Source of the DNA: Candidatus Competibacteraceae bacterium
Lineage (GTDB): Bacteria; Pseudomonadota; Gammaproteobacteria; Competibacterales; Competibacteraceae
Assembly (NCBI GenBank): GCA_020445045.1
Contig: JAGRHI010000014.1
Location: forward strand, 1-45,866
Reading direction: 5' to 3'
Length of the DNA stretch: 45,866 nucleotides
Below, one piece after another: positions 31,389 to 39,218 of the stretch. Every line of letters begins with the position of its first letter. Within the stretch, counting starts at the first letter, position 1. The position numbers and the translations under genes are program-made. A model generated the notes under the pieces. The model worked only from the letters and a program-made list of their open reading frames with translations. It was not told the DNA's origin and did no database searches.

Positions 31389-32752
31389 CCTCGCTACAGG
31401 CCCGGCTCTCGGCCGGGCTGATTCTGGCGCTGACGCTGTTGATGGTGCTGGCGGTGGCCCTCGGGGGCTATTCGCTGCGGCAACTGGCCGAGGATTTCGT
31501 TGCCGGCCGACTGGAACATGATCTGGAAACCCTATTGGCGGCCTTGACGTTCGACGCCGCGGGTCACCCGCATCTGGCCGCCGATCGGGTCAACGCCCCT
31601 TTCCGCCAACCTTACTCAGGGCATTATTACCGGATCGAAACTCCTGGCGGTGTACTCTCTTCCCGCTCCCTGTGGGACACCGAGTTGTCCTTGCCGCCGC
31701 TCGTGACCGACCACGTCACTCGTCATTTCGTCGCCGGTCCGCAAGGTCAGCAATTGCTGCTGATCGGGCGTGTCTTCCGAGTCCAGGACCACCCCGTCGC
31801 CATGGCCGTGACCGAGGATTTCACATCGGTACGCCAAGGCATCTATCGGATACTGCTTGAATTTATCCTGGTCGCGCTGCTGCTGTTCGTCGCGCTGCTG
31901 TTGTTTCAGCGACAAATGGTGCGACGCGGCCTGGCGCCACTGGAGCAGATCCGCCAAAATCTGCCGCGACTGGCCCGTGGCGAGATCGCGCAACTACCGG
32001 CCGACGCCCCAGCCGAAGTGCGGCCATTGGTGGCGGAGCTGAACCGCTTGTTGGTCCTGCTGGACCAGCGCCAGCAGCGGGCTCGTCACGCCCTCGGCAA
32101 CCTGGCGCACGCCGTGAAAACCCCGCTCACCGTGCTGGCCCAACTCGCCGAACAGCCGCTTGCGCGCGAGGATAGCGCCGGCTGGCGGACGCTGCGCCAG
32201 CAGATCCAGCAGATCCGAGCCCTGACCGAACGCGAACTCAAGCGGGCAAGAATCGCCGGCGGCGGCGCGCCCGGCCAGCGGGTACTGCTGGAACGGGAGG
32301 TCGCCGATCTGATCGAGACCTTGCGTCGCATCCATCGCGATCGATGCTTGCGAGTCGAGCTGCGAATCCCGCCCGCCAGCACCTTCCCTTGCGACCGGGA
32401 CGACCTACTGGAACTGCTGGGCAACCTACTCGACAACGCCTGGCAGTGGGCGGCGACCACGGTACGGTTGACCGCCAGCGTGACCGAACGGGAACTGTGC
32501 CTGCGGGTCGAGGACGACGGGGTGGGCTGCCCACCGAAACAAATGGAGCTGCTGCGACAGCGGGGGGCGCGTATCGACGAATCCCGCGCCGGACATGGCT
32601 TGGGGCTGGCCATCGCCGGCGACATCGTCCGGCAGTACGGCGGCGCGCTGCGGCTAGACCGCTCAGTGGCGTTGGGCGGCCTGATGGCGGAGGTGACGCT
32701 GCCGCAACCCATCATCGCCCGCCAGTCCGAAATCAGTACGCCTCGAAGCTAA
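31385..32752 (+). CDS. Sensor histidine kinase (BqsS/CarS/PhoQ-like)
   Basis: Two TM segments, [18 protein letters not shown]-like region, [22 protein letters not shown] and GHGLGLAI. Confidence 0.92.
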   Translation: MTSLQARLSAGLILALTLLMVLAVALGGYSLRQLAEDFVAGRLEHDLETLLAALTFDAAGHPHLAADRVNAPFRQPYSGHYYRIETPGGVLSSRSLWDTELSLPPLVTDHVTRHFVAGPQGQQLLLIGRVFRVQDHPVAMAVTEDFTSVRQGIYRILLEFILVALLLFVALLLFQRQMVRRGLAPLEQIRQNLPRLARGEIAQLPADAPAEVRPLVAELNRLLVLLDQRQQRARHALGNLAHAVKTPLTVLAQLAEQPLAREDSAGWRTLRQQIQQIRALTERELKRARIAGGGAPGQRVLLEREVADLIETLRRIHRDRCLRVELRIPPASTFPCDRDDLLELLGNLLDNAWQWAATTVRLTASVTERELCLRVEDDGVGCPPKQMELLRQRGARIDESRAGHGLGLAIAGDIVRQYGGALRLDRSVALGGLMAEVTLPQPIIARQSEISTPRS

Positions 32753-35522
32753 AGCGCGCCGTGCCGATCCTCAGCACATCGCCTGCCTCCAAGGCCAGCA
32801 CCTCGTTGGTGGCCAGAGCGTGACAACCCACCCGAACCGAACCCGGCTCGGCCAGATTCTGAATCCAGTACATACCATCCCGGAACAACAGTTCGGCGTG
32901 CCGAGGCACCACGCCCGGCGCGTTGATGCGCAGGCCGGCCTGCGGAGAATTGCCCAGCGGCAGCCACTTGGGAACGTAGTAGTGGACGATCTGCCGGCGA
33001 GCCGCGTCCTCGCGTTCGAATCGGGCATACAGCAGGGCACCGGGGTTGCCGACTCCATTCAACCGGGCCACCCGTTCCTGCATGTGCAGCAGCTTGAGAT
33101 AGCGAGCCTTGAGCTTGTCCCGCAGCGCATCGGCGTTGGCCTGCCGGTCGCGCTGGTGCAGCACATCGACCAGTTCAAGCAGATAGTGGCCGAACTTATC
33201 GCGCGGTTCCTGGCTGTCCCAATCCAGCGGCGCTTGTTCGCCTTTACGATCCCAGGCCAAAAACAGCTTCAACCGATACAGATCGCACACATCCAGCACG
33301 TCGTCGACTTCCAGCAGGTGCCAGCTACCGCGCTCCAGCCGCTGGCCGTTTCGGCCGGTGTAGGTATGCCCCTCGTCGCTGGCCGGCATCAGCGCCAGTT
33401 GGTCGCCCAACGCGCAGACCACGCTATGTAGCCGGGAAATCCGGTTGTACTTGGGCACGAAGCCCAGGGTGAAATCGCCGAACCCGGTGCCGGCGGTGGC
33501 GCTGTGGCGACCAAAGATCATCAGCGGACGCGACACCAGTTCGATGCGCGCCACCGCCTGGGCCGAATTTTCCGGCAGCAGCAGCGCCCGCGTCAGCGGC
33601 GTACCGCGACTGAGCGCCTGACCGCTGGCGGGACTGGCGGCCCGCAGGCTGTAGCTACGTTCGGGATCGGCTTCCAGTTCGAGCGGCAAGGTGCAGGCCA
33701 GGGTATCGGCCTCGGCGGCCTCGCGCGCGGCGACCGGATCGTCCAGCAGCCACCCACTGGAAATGGTCTTGTCCAGCAGCGGGTCGGCCCAGAAGCGATC
33801 GGATCGCGGCGTGGCGCCCGGCGCGGGTTCCTGCTTGCCCTCGATCGGCTGGGTAAAATCCAGTCGGATCTCGACGCGGTTGTCGTAGGCGCGCCATTCT
33901 CCCCGATGGTCACAGAGGTCGAGCTCCAGCCACAAGGTGGTTTGCAACGGGCCAGCGTGGGGACACCGATAACCGATGTACACCGGCTGTGCTTCCCGGC
34001 CGTCCAGTAGCCGCAGCGGCGGAACCCGCCCTTCATCGGCAAATACCAGATCGGGGCTGCGCAACCGCAGGCGGATTTCCCGATACAACCACCAACTGGG
34101 ATTGACCAGCAACGCGCAAAGCATGTTTTCCCGTTCCGAGGCCGGACTTACGACGACCGCCAAACTCACCAGCACCGGCTGCTGGGTTTCCGCCAGCCGG
34201 GCGATGCGTCGCTGGTATTCGTCCGCCTGCACCGAGCCACCACGCGACCAGCGCAGATACCGGTTCCGAAAATAATCCACCGCCTCCCGATCCCGTGGTT
34301 CCCGGCATTCCTGTTTGGCGGCGAGTTCACCCAGCAATTGGGCAAACTCTCGCAAGACGGATGTCGCCGGCTCGATTGCGGGCGGCGCCTGCTCGGCGGG
34401 CGGAGCGGCGCCGGCCCACTCTATCAAGGGCGCCGGATCGATCTCCGCCGGACCTTCGGCGACTGGCGGCACCGGCGTGGATTCGCGTGGCGGGACCGGC
34501 GCCAGTTTCAATTCTTCCTCGGCCGCGATCGTCCGCCGTTCGGCTGCCAGGGTTCGATCGGGATCGGGATCGAAATCCAAGGAGGAATCCAGCGGCAGAT
34601 CCAGATCCAAATCCAGATCCAAACGCAGGTCGAACCCGTCATCTTCAGCGGACGCCGGCAACTTTTCGCCAACGTCATCCTGCCAGAGCGGGCCAACCGT
34701 TCCAGACCCCGACTGAGCCCGCTCGCCGAGAAAACAGTTGCGGGCGGCTTCATCCACCAGATCCGGCGTGATCTCATGCTCCGATTCCAGGCTGGCGAAC
34801 AGGAACATGGCGTCGCACAGCATGGCGATAGCGCGCGGGACCCCTTGGCTGTAGTGGTCGATGCGCTCGATCACGGCGGGAGAGAACAGTTCCTCGCCCG
34901 CATAGCCGGCGGTTTCGAACTGATGGTTGATAAACAGTCCGGTTTCCATGCCACTCAGCCGTTCGAGGTGACAGCGAACCCGAACCTGCTCGTGCAACCG
35001 CCGCAGCTCGGGTTGGCGCAGCTTGCCCTCGATCTCCGGTAGGCCCGCCAACACGATCTGTAGGCGCTGATCGGGTTCCACCGCCGTTTCCACGAAATCC
35101 AGCAAGCGGCTCAACGCGCCGATACGTAGATGCTGTGCGTCGTCGATCAGCAGGGCAACCGGTTGGTTACGGCGCGCATGCGCGGCCACGGTATCCAGCA
35201 ATAAACGACTTTGTTGCTCGATGTTCAGACCTTCGGCCGGCAATTGCAGGCTGATGCATAAGTAGTTGAGGATGTCGGGAAAATCGAGGTTGGCGTTGTT
35301 CAGCAGAATGAAAAAAATATCGGCGGCTTCCGCCATGCAACGGCGCAACACCAACGTCTTGCCAAATCCGGCCTCACCGGTCAGCAGCATGAACCCGCGC
35401 CGTTCCCGAATACCGCTCAGGATGTCGGCGCAAGCGCTGTCGAAATTATCGTTGCGGTAATAATCTTTGCTATCTTTCGGTTTGAAGGGCTTGTTTTCGA
35501 AACCGAAATAGGTGGTATACAT
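32733..35522 (-). CDS. ExeA/GspA-like AAA ATPase fused to an unknown middle region and two FHA-like domains
   Basis: MYTTYFGFENKPF start, Walker A GEAGFGKT, Walker B LLIDDAQ, LQIVLAG and GVPRAI. FHA motifs FGRH..ISRLH and a C-terminal RHAEL..LEAGDVLRIG. Confidence 0.8.
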   Translation of the reverse strand: MYTTYFGFENKPFKPKDSKDYYRNDNFDSACADILSGIRERRGFMLLTGEAGFGKTLVLRRCMAEAADIFFILLNNANLDFPDILNYLCISLQLPAEGLNIEQQSRLLLDTVAAHARRNQPVALLIDDAQHLRIGALSRLLDFVETAVEPDQRLQIVLAGLPEIEGKLRQPELRRLHEQVRVRCHLERLSGMETGLFINHQFETAGYAGEELFSPAVIERIDHYSQGVPRAIAMLCDAMFLFASLESEHEITPDLVDEAARNCFLGERAQSGSGTVGPLWQDDVGEKLPASAEDDGFDLRLDLDLDLDLPLDSSLDFDPDPDRTLAAERRTIAAEEELKLAPVPPRESTPVPPVAEGPAEIDPAPLIEWAGAAPPAEQAPPAIEPATSVLREFAQLLGELAAKQECREPRDREAVDYFRNRYLRWSRGGSVQADEYQRRIARLAETQQPVLVSLAVVVSPASERENMLCALLVNPSWWLYREIRLRLRSPDLVFADEGRVPPLRLLDGREAQPVYIGYRCPHAGPLQTTLWLELDLCDHRGEWRAYDNRVEIRLDFTQPIEGKQEPAPGATPRSDRFWADPLLDKTISSGWLLDDPVAAREAAEADTLACTLPLELEADPERSYSLRAASPASGQALSRGTPLTRALLLPENSAQAVARIELVSRPLMIFGRHSATAGTGFGDFTLGFVPKYNRISRLHSVVCALGDQLALMPASDEGHTYTGRNGQRLERGSWHLLEVDDVLDVCDLYRLKLFLAWDRKGEQAPLDWDSQEPRDKFGHYLLELVDVLHQRDRQANADALRDKLKARYLKLLHMQERVARLNGVGNPGALLYARFEREDAARRQIVHYYVPKWLPLGNSPQAGLRINAPGVVPRHAELLFRDGMYWIQNLAEPGSVRVGCHALATNEVLALEAGDVLRIGTARFSFEAY

Positions 35523-35998
35523 ACCCTCCCCTCCTCACACTACCTCTGCCCGCATTCTAAAGCTCCAGCATCCATCTCCATAGCGCTTTTTCGTATCGCC
35601 GGTTAATCCATTGATTCGAAACTGGACCAAACGGAATCACGCCGGGATTGATCGTCCCGCGCAACCCGGCAGCCGCCGCTTGATCCAGCCCGGCAGCCAA
35701 CTCGCCACGTTCAGGGTCAACCGGTTCGCCAGCATCTGGCACCCTCGATTCGGCCCATGCGCGCCTCCCAGGATTGCCATATCGATTTGACGCCCGCGTG
35801 TCTCGCCAACCATGGCTGCCCCCATAACCTTAAGCGCAATAATCCGTATGTCTATCGGCGATCAGCCCTCCATGCCGGCACAAAGCTCCACTACATTGCA
35901 TCCACGCATCGGCGCCCATGACCGCGACGAGCCGAGTCACATCGTCATCGGCGCCGGTTGGTGGGAAAATGACGATTTGGTCAACGGAACATACGCCC

Positions 35999-36298
35999 AT
36001 GTCTCATATCGTCATTCATCGCGACCACCCGCTCACCCTCGACGAGGCGCGCCAAGCCGCGGAAAGCCTCGCCATCCAATTGGCCGAGCGTTACGACCTC
36101 AACCACCATTGGCAGGACGACACCCTGTACTTCGAACGCTCCGGCGTCGGTGGCCAGATCGAACTGGAGCCGGGCAAGTTGCGAATCAACGTGCGCCTGG
36201 GCTTTCTCCTGGCAACGTTGAAATACAAGCTGGAACAGGAAATTCACGCGTATCTGGACGAACTGTTCCAGCAAGCCGGACCGTCCGATCCGGTTTGA
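35999..36298 (+). CDS. Polyhydroxyalkanoic acid system family protein (PHA granule region)
   Basis: MSHIVIHRDHPL..ARQAAE..YDL...WQDDTLYFERSGVGG..VRLGFLL pattern. Confidence 0.85.
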   Translation: MSHIVIHRDHPLTLDEARQAAESLAIQLAERYDLNHHWQDDTLYFERSGVGGQIELEPGKLRINVRLGFLLATLKYKLEQEIHAYLDELFQQAGPSDPV

Positions 36299-36309
36299 GC
36301 CATTATCGC

Positions 36310-36359
36310 GGCATTCCCATCCGGCGGTCGGGAATCAATGCCTTGGCCGGTGGGATGCC
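36310..36359. terminator. Imperfect inverted repeat between convergent genes
   Basis: GGCATTCCCATCCGGC ... GCCGGTGGGATGCC pair with bulges. Confidence 0.3.
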
Positions 36360-36375
36360 GAGCCCTCAAAGCGCC

Positions 36376-38031
36376 TCAGCGCAGCTCGCGCCGCAGGATC
36401 GTGCCGATGTTGGATTTGGGCAGGCCATCGCGGAACTCGACCTGGCGTGGCCGCTTGTGGGCGGGGAGATGCTGTCGACAGTGCGCCAGAATGGCCTCGA
36501 CGGTCAATGCCATCTCCGGCTTGGGTACGACGAACACCTTGACCGCCGCGCCGCTCTTCTCGTCGGGCACACCGATGCAGGCTGCCTCCAGCACCCCCGG
36601 ACAAGCCACCACCACCTGCTCGATTTCACTGGGGAATACCTCGAAGCCAGACACCAAAATCCGGTCCTGCTTGTGATCCAACATGTAAAAAAAACCCTGT
36701 TTGTCCATGGTGGCGATGTCACCGGTCAGCAACCAGCCGTCGCGGAGGATGCGGGCGGTTTCCTCGGGCCGATGCCAATAGCCGCGCATCACCTGCGGGC
36801 CGCGAGCACACAGTTCTCCGCGCTCGCCCGGCGGCACTTCCCTGCCTGCCTCATCGCGTAGTTGCACCTCGGTGGACGGCAACGGCAAGCCGATGCTACC
36901 GGTGAAATCCTCGATATCGACCGGGTTGACGCAGATCGCCGGCGCGGCCTCGGTCAGACCGTAGCCCTCCAGGATCGGTACCCCGGTCAGGGTCCGCCAG
37001 CGATCGGCCACGGTCCGCCACATCGGCGCGCCGCCGCCGACCGTCAGCCGCAGCGAGGAGAAATCCAACGTGGCGAACTTGTCATTGTTGACCAGCGCGT
37101 TGAACAACGCATTGACTCCGGTCATCACCGTGAACTTCCACGGGCGGATTTCCCGCACGAGCAGCGGAAGGTCGCGGGGGTTGGTGACCAACACGTTCAA
37201 GCCGCCAAAATAGAGAAAGCACAGACAGTTCACCGTCAGGCAGAAGATGTGGTGCAGCGGCAACGCGGTGATGACGATCTCCTCGCCCTCGTGGATCACC
37301 GAACCCACCCAGGCGACGATCTGCCGTATGTTGGCCAACAGGTTGCGATGGGTCAGCATCGCGCCCATGGCCAGTCCGGTGGTACCGCCGGTGTATTGCA
37401 GGAAAGCCAGATCCTCGCCGGTCACCGCGACCGGCCGCAGGACAAGGCGGGCACCGCCAGCCAGCGTTTCCCTGAATCCGATCATATTCGGCAACGCGTA
37501 ATGGGGCACCTTCTTTTTGATGTGCCGGGCCGCCAGATTGACCACCTTGGCCTTCCAGAACGACAACAGGTCGCCGATCTCGGTGACGATGGCGGTCCTG
37601 ATCTCGGTCCGCTCGATGACCGCGGCCAGCACGTGGGCAAAGTTGGCGAGAATCAGAATCGCCTTGGCTCCGGAGTCCCTGAGTTGATGCTCCAGTTCGC
37701 GCGGGGTATGCAGCGGATTGACGTTGACCACCACCAGCCCGGCGCGCAGCGCGCCGAACAGCGCCACCGGATATTGCAGCAGGTTGGGCAGCATGATCGC
37801 CACTCGTTCACCCTTTTCCAGCCCCAGTTCCTGTTGCAGCCAAGCGGCGAATGCCCGACTCATCTGTTCCAGTTCGGCATAGGTCATGCCGCACCCCATG
37901 TTGACGAAGGCATTGCGTCGGCCGAACTGACAGCAACTCCGATCGAATATTTCGACCAGCGAGCGGTATTCAGCGGGGTTGATGTCCGCCGGCACCTTGG
38001 GTGGATAATGTTTCAACCATACTTTTTCCAC
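36376..38031 (-). CDS. Long-chain fatty-acid-CoA ligase (FadD) homologue with substituted catalytic residues
   Basis: Full-length FadD-like sequence (EKVWLKHYP, PNLLQYP, LQYTGGTTG, EGYGLTE, GPQVMRGYW, TGDI). A3 Lys is Met, A8 Arg is His, A10 Lys is Thr. Confidence 0.85.
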   Translation of the reverse strand: MEKVWLKHYPPKVPADINPAEYRSLVEIFDRSCCQFGRRNAFVNMGCGMTYAELEQMSRAFAAWLQQELGLEKGERVAIMLPNLLQYPVALFGALRAGLVVVNVNPLHTPRELEHQLRDSGAKAILILANFAHVLAAVIERTEIRTAIVTEIGDLLSFWKAKVVNLAARHIKKKVPHYALPNMIGFRETLAGGARLVLRPVAVTGEDLAFLQYTGGTTGLAMGAMLTHRNLLANIRQIVAWVGSVIHEGEEIVITALPLHHIFCLTVNCLCFLYFGGLNVLVTNPRDLPLLVREIRPWKFTVMTGVNALFNALVNNDKFATLDFSSLRLTVGGGAPMWRTVADRWRTLTGVPILEGYGLTEAAPAICVNPVDIEDFTGSIGLPLPSTEVQLRDEAGREVPPGERGELCARGPQVMRGYWHRPEETARILRDGWLLTGDIATMDKQGFFYMLDHKQDRILVSGFEVFPSEIEQVVVACPGVLEAACIGVPDEKSGAAVKVFVVPKPEMALTVEAILAHCRQHLPAHKRPRQVEFRDGLPKSNIGTILRRELR

Positions 38032-38219
38032 GGGAGGTCTCCAATCAACGTCCGGTTACTCCCATTGTGGGATTGTTGGCGACCGATTACCAAACATCAC
38101 TTGAGGGAATTTCGATATTGACTTTTGGATGAGTTTGCCGGGATACACGCAAAACGGCGCGGCTGTGGAGCGATCATGTGAGCTGAGTCGGAATTGGGCG
38201 CGGGCCAGACCAACGAACT

Positions 38220-38392
38220 CTACTCCCTTGGTATTTCGGTCAAGGGCAATTGGGTGATGGCGGCGATCTGTTCCGGTGAAAAGTTCATCGCCAGGAGTTC
38301 CCGAGCCACCGCTAACGCCTTGCGATGCGCGCCTTCTTCCATTCCCTTTTCCATTCCCTTTTCCATTCCATGTTTCAAGCCCTTCTGATAAC
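38220..38392 (-). pseudogene. C-terminal fragment of an Rpn/YhgA-like (PD-(D/E)XK transposase-like) protein
   Basis: YQKGLKHGMEKGMEKGMEEG..ALAVARELLAMNFSPEQIAAITQLPLTEI. The 12-bp unit TTCCATTCCCTT is repeated in tandem. Confidence 0.65.
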
Positions 38393-38660
38393 TGGATGGT
38401 CTTCTTGTGGGCGCCCAGAATCCGGGCCGTCGCCCGCAGCCCCAGTCCTTCTCCACGCCACCGCAACGCGGCCGCGACCTTGCTGATCGGCGTCTTGATA
38501 TCCTGCATCGAGGCGCCCGTCGTCTCCGAAAAGTCCTCCCCACCGGTCGTGCAGGCACGGAGGCCTCGGGTCCCGTTGTGAACGGTCTCGTAGTGACCGT
38601 GGCTGGCCGTGTCACGGGAACCACAGGCCGGGCAAACCGGCATCATCAGTATTTTCATCG
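38393..38660 (-). mobile_element. IS1-family transposase N-terminal remnant (zinc ribbon + HTH)
   Basis: CPACGS..HYETVHNG.R..C...FSET..KTP..EGLGLRATARILG.HKKTI, then an abrupt junction to the Rpn-like fragment. Confidence 0.7.
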
Positions 38661-38857
38661 TCCCGGTAGAACTCGCCCAACAACCAGACACAAGGGCAAA
38701 TCCAGTGGTTCAAGTCCAGTGCTGCCCGGCTTACAGTTCAGTTATCTCGTGGGAAATACGGGCAATGGCTATCGACGAGGAAACAGCGGAGTAATCGGTC
38801 TCGATCCCGGTCGGCGTGGACACCCCGAAACGCAAAGATCAAAAATTAAGCCAATAT

Positions 38858-38873
38858 TGGCTCGAATTTTGCT
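38858..38873 (+). promoter_or_regulatory. Putative sigma-54 (-24/-12) promoter for the C25/lasso locus
   Basis: TGGCTCGAATTTTGCT versus consensus TGGCACG-N4-TTGCW (one mismatch, GG-N10-GC spacing). Lies in an AT-rich patch and overlaps the 14-bp palindrome AGCCAATATTGGCT (38849-38862). Confidence 0.55.
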
Positions 38874-38954
38874 TAATATACACTTAACTTAACATTAGTA
38901 ATGGATCAGTACCATCTGCTCACGTGAGCGATGATCTCCCGGTCCACAACCCAG

Positions 38955-38968
38955 TTGATCTTTGTCAA
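38955..38968. promoter_or_regulatory. FNR/CRP-family-like box
   Basis: TTGAT-CTTT-GTCAA versus TTGAT-N4-ATCAA (one mismatch). Confidence 0.35.
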
Positions 38969-39218
38969 TCGATGCCAAAATTTGTCAGGTAATATTGATG
39001 ATTCTTGACGCCATCCCAGGTCAAATTGAAACCATGAGCGATCCACTGATGCCATCCTATCCATGCCGAACCCTTCCCGCGCCAAGCAGGGTCCCAACCG
39101 GTCCGTTCAGGCTGAGCCACGGTGGCAAACCCGGCCGTGAATTAACGCCATGACGGCAAGATCGACGCGCGGCGTAACCGACGACATCACAGCACGAGAA
39201 CTATACAGGAGATCACTC

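Noticed and set aside
35523-35998. Short ORFs in the divergent intergenic region
   Set aside because: No motifs, RBS or coding-like composition that I can defend.
38330-38372. 12-bp tandem repeats as a possible CRISPR or VNTR
   Set aside because: No spacers. They encode the GMEK repeats of an Rpn-like tail.
38700-38722. GGTTCAAGTCC resembling a tRNA T-loop
   Set aside because: The T-stem pairs only 3 bp, and no acceptor, D or anticodon arms can be built.
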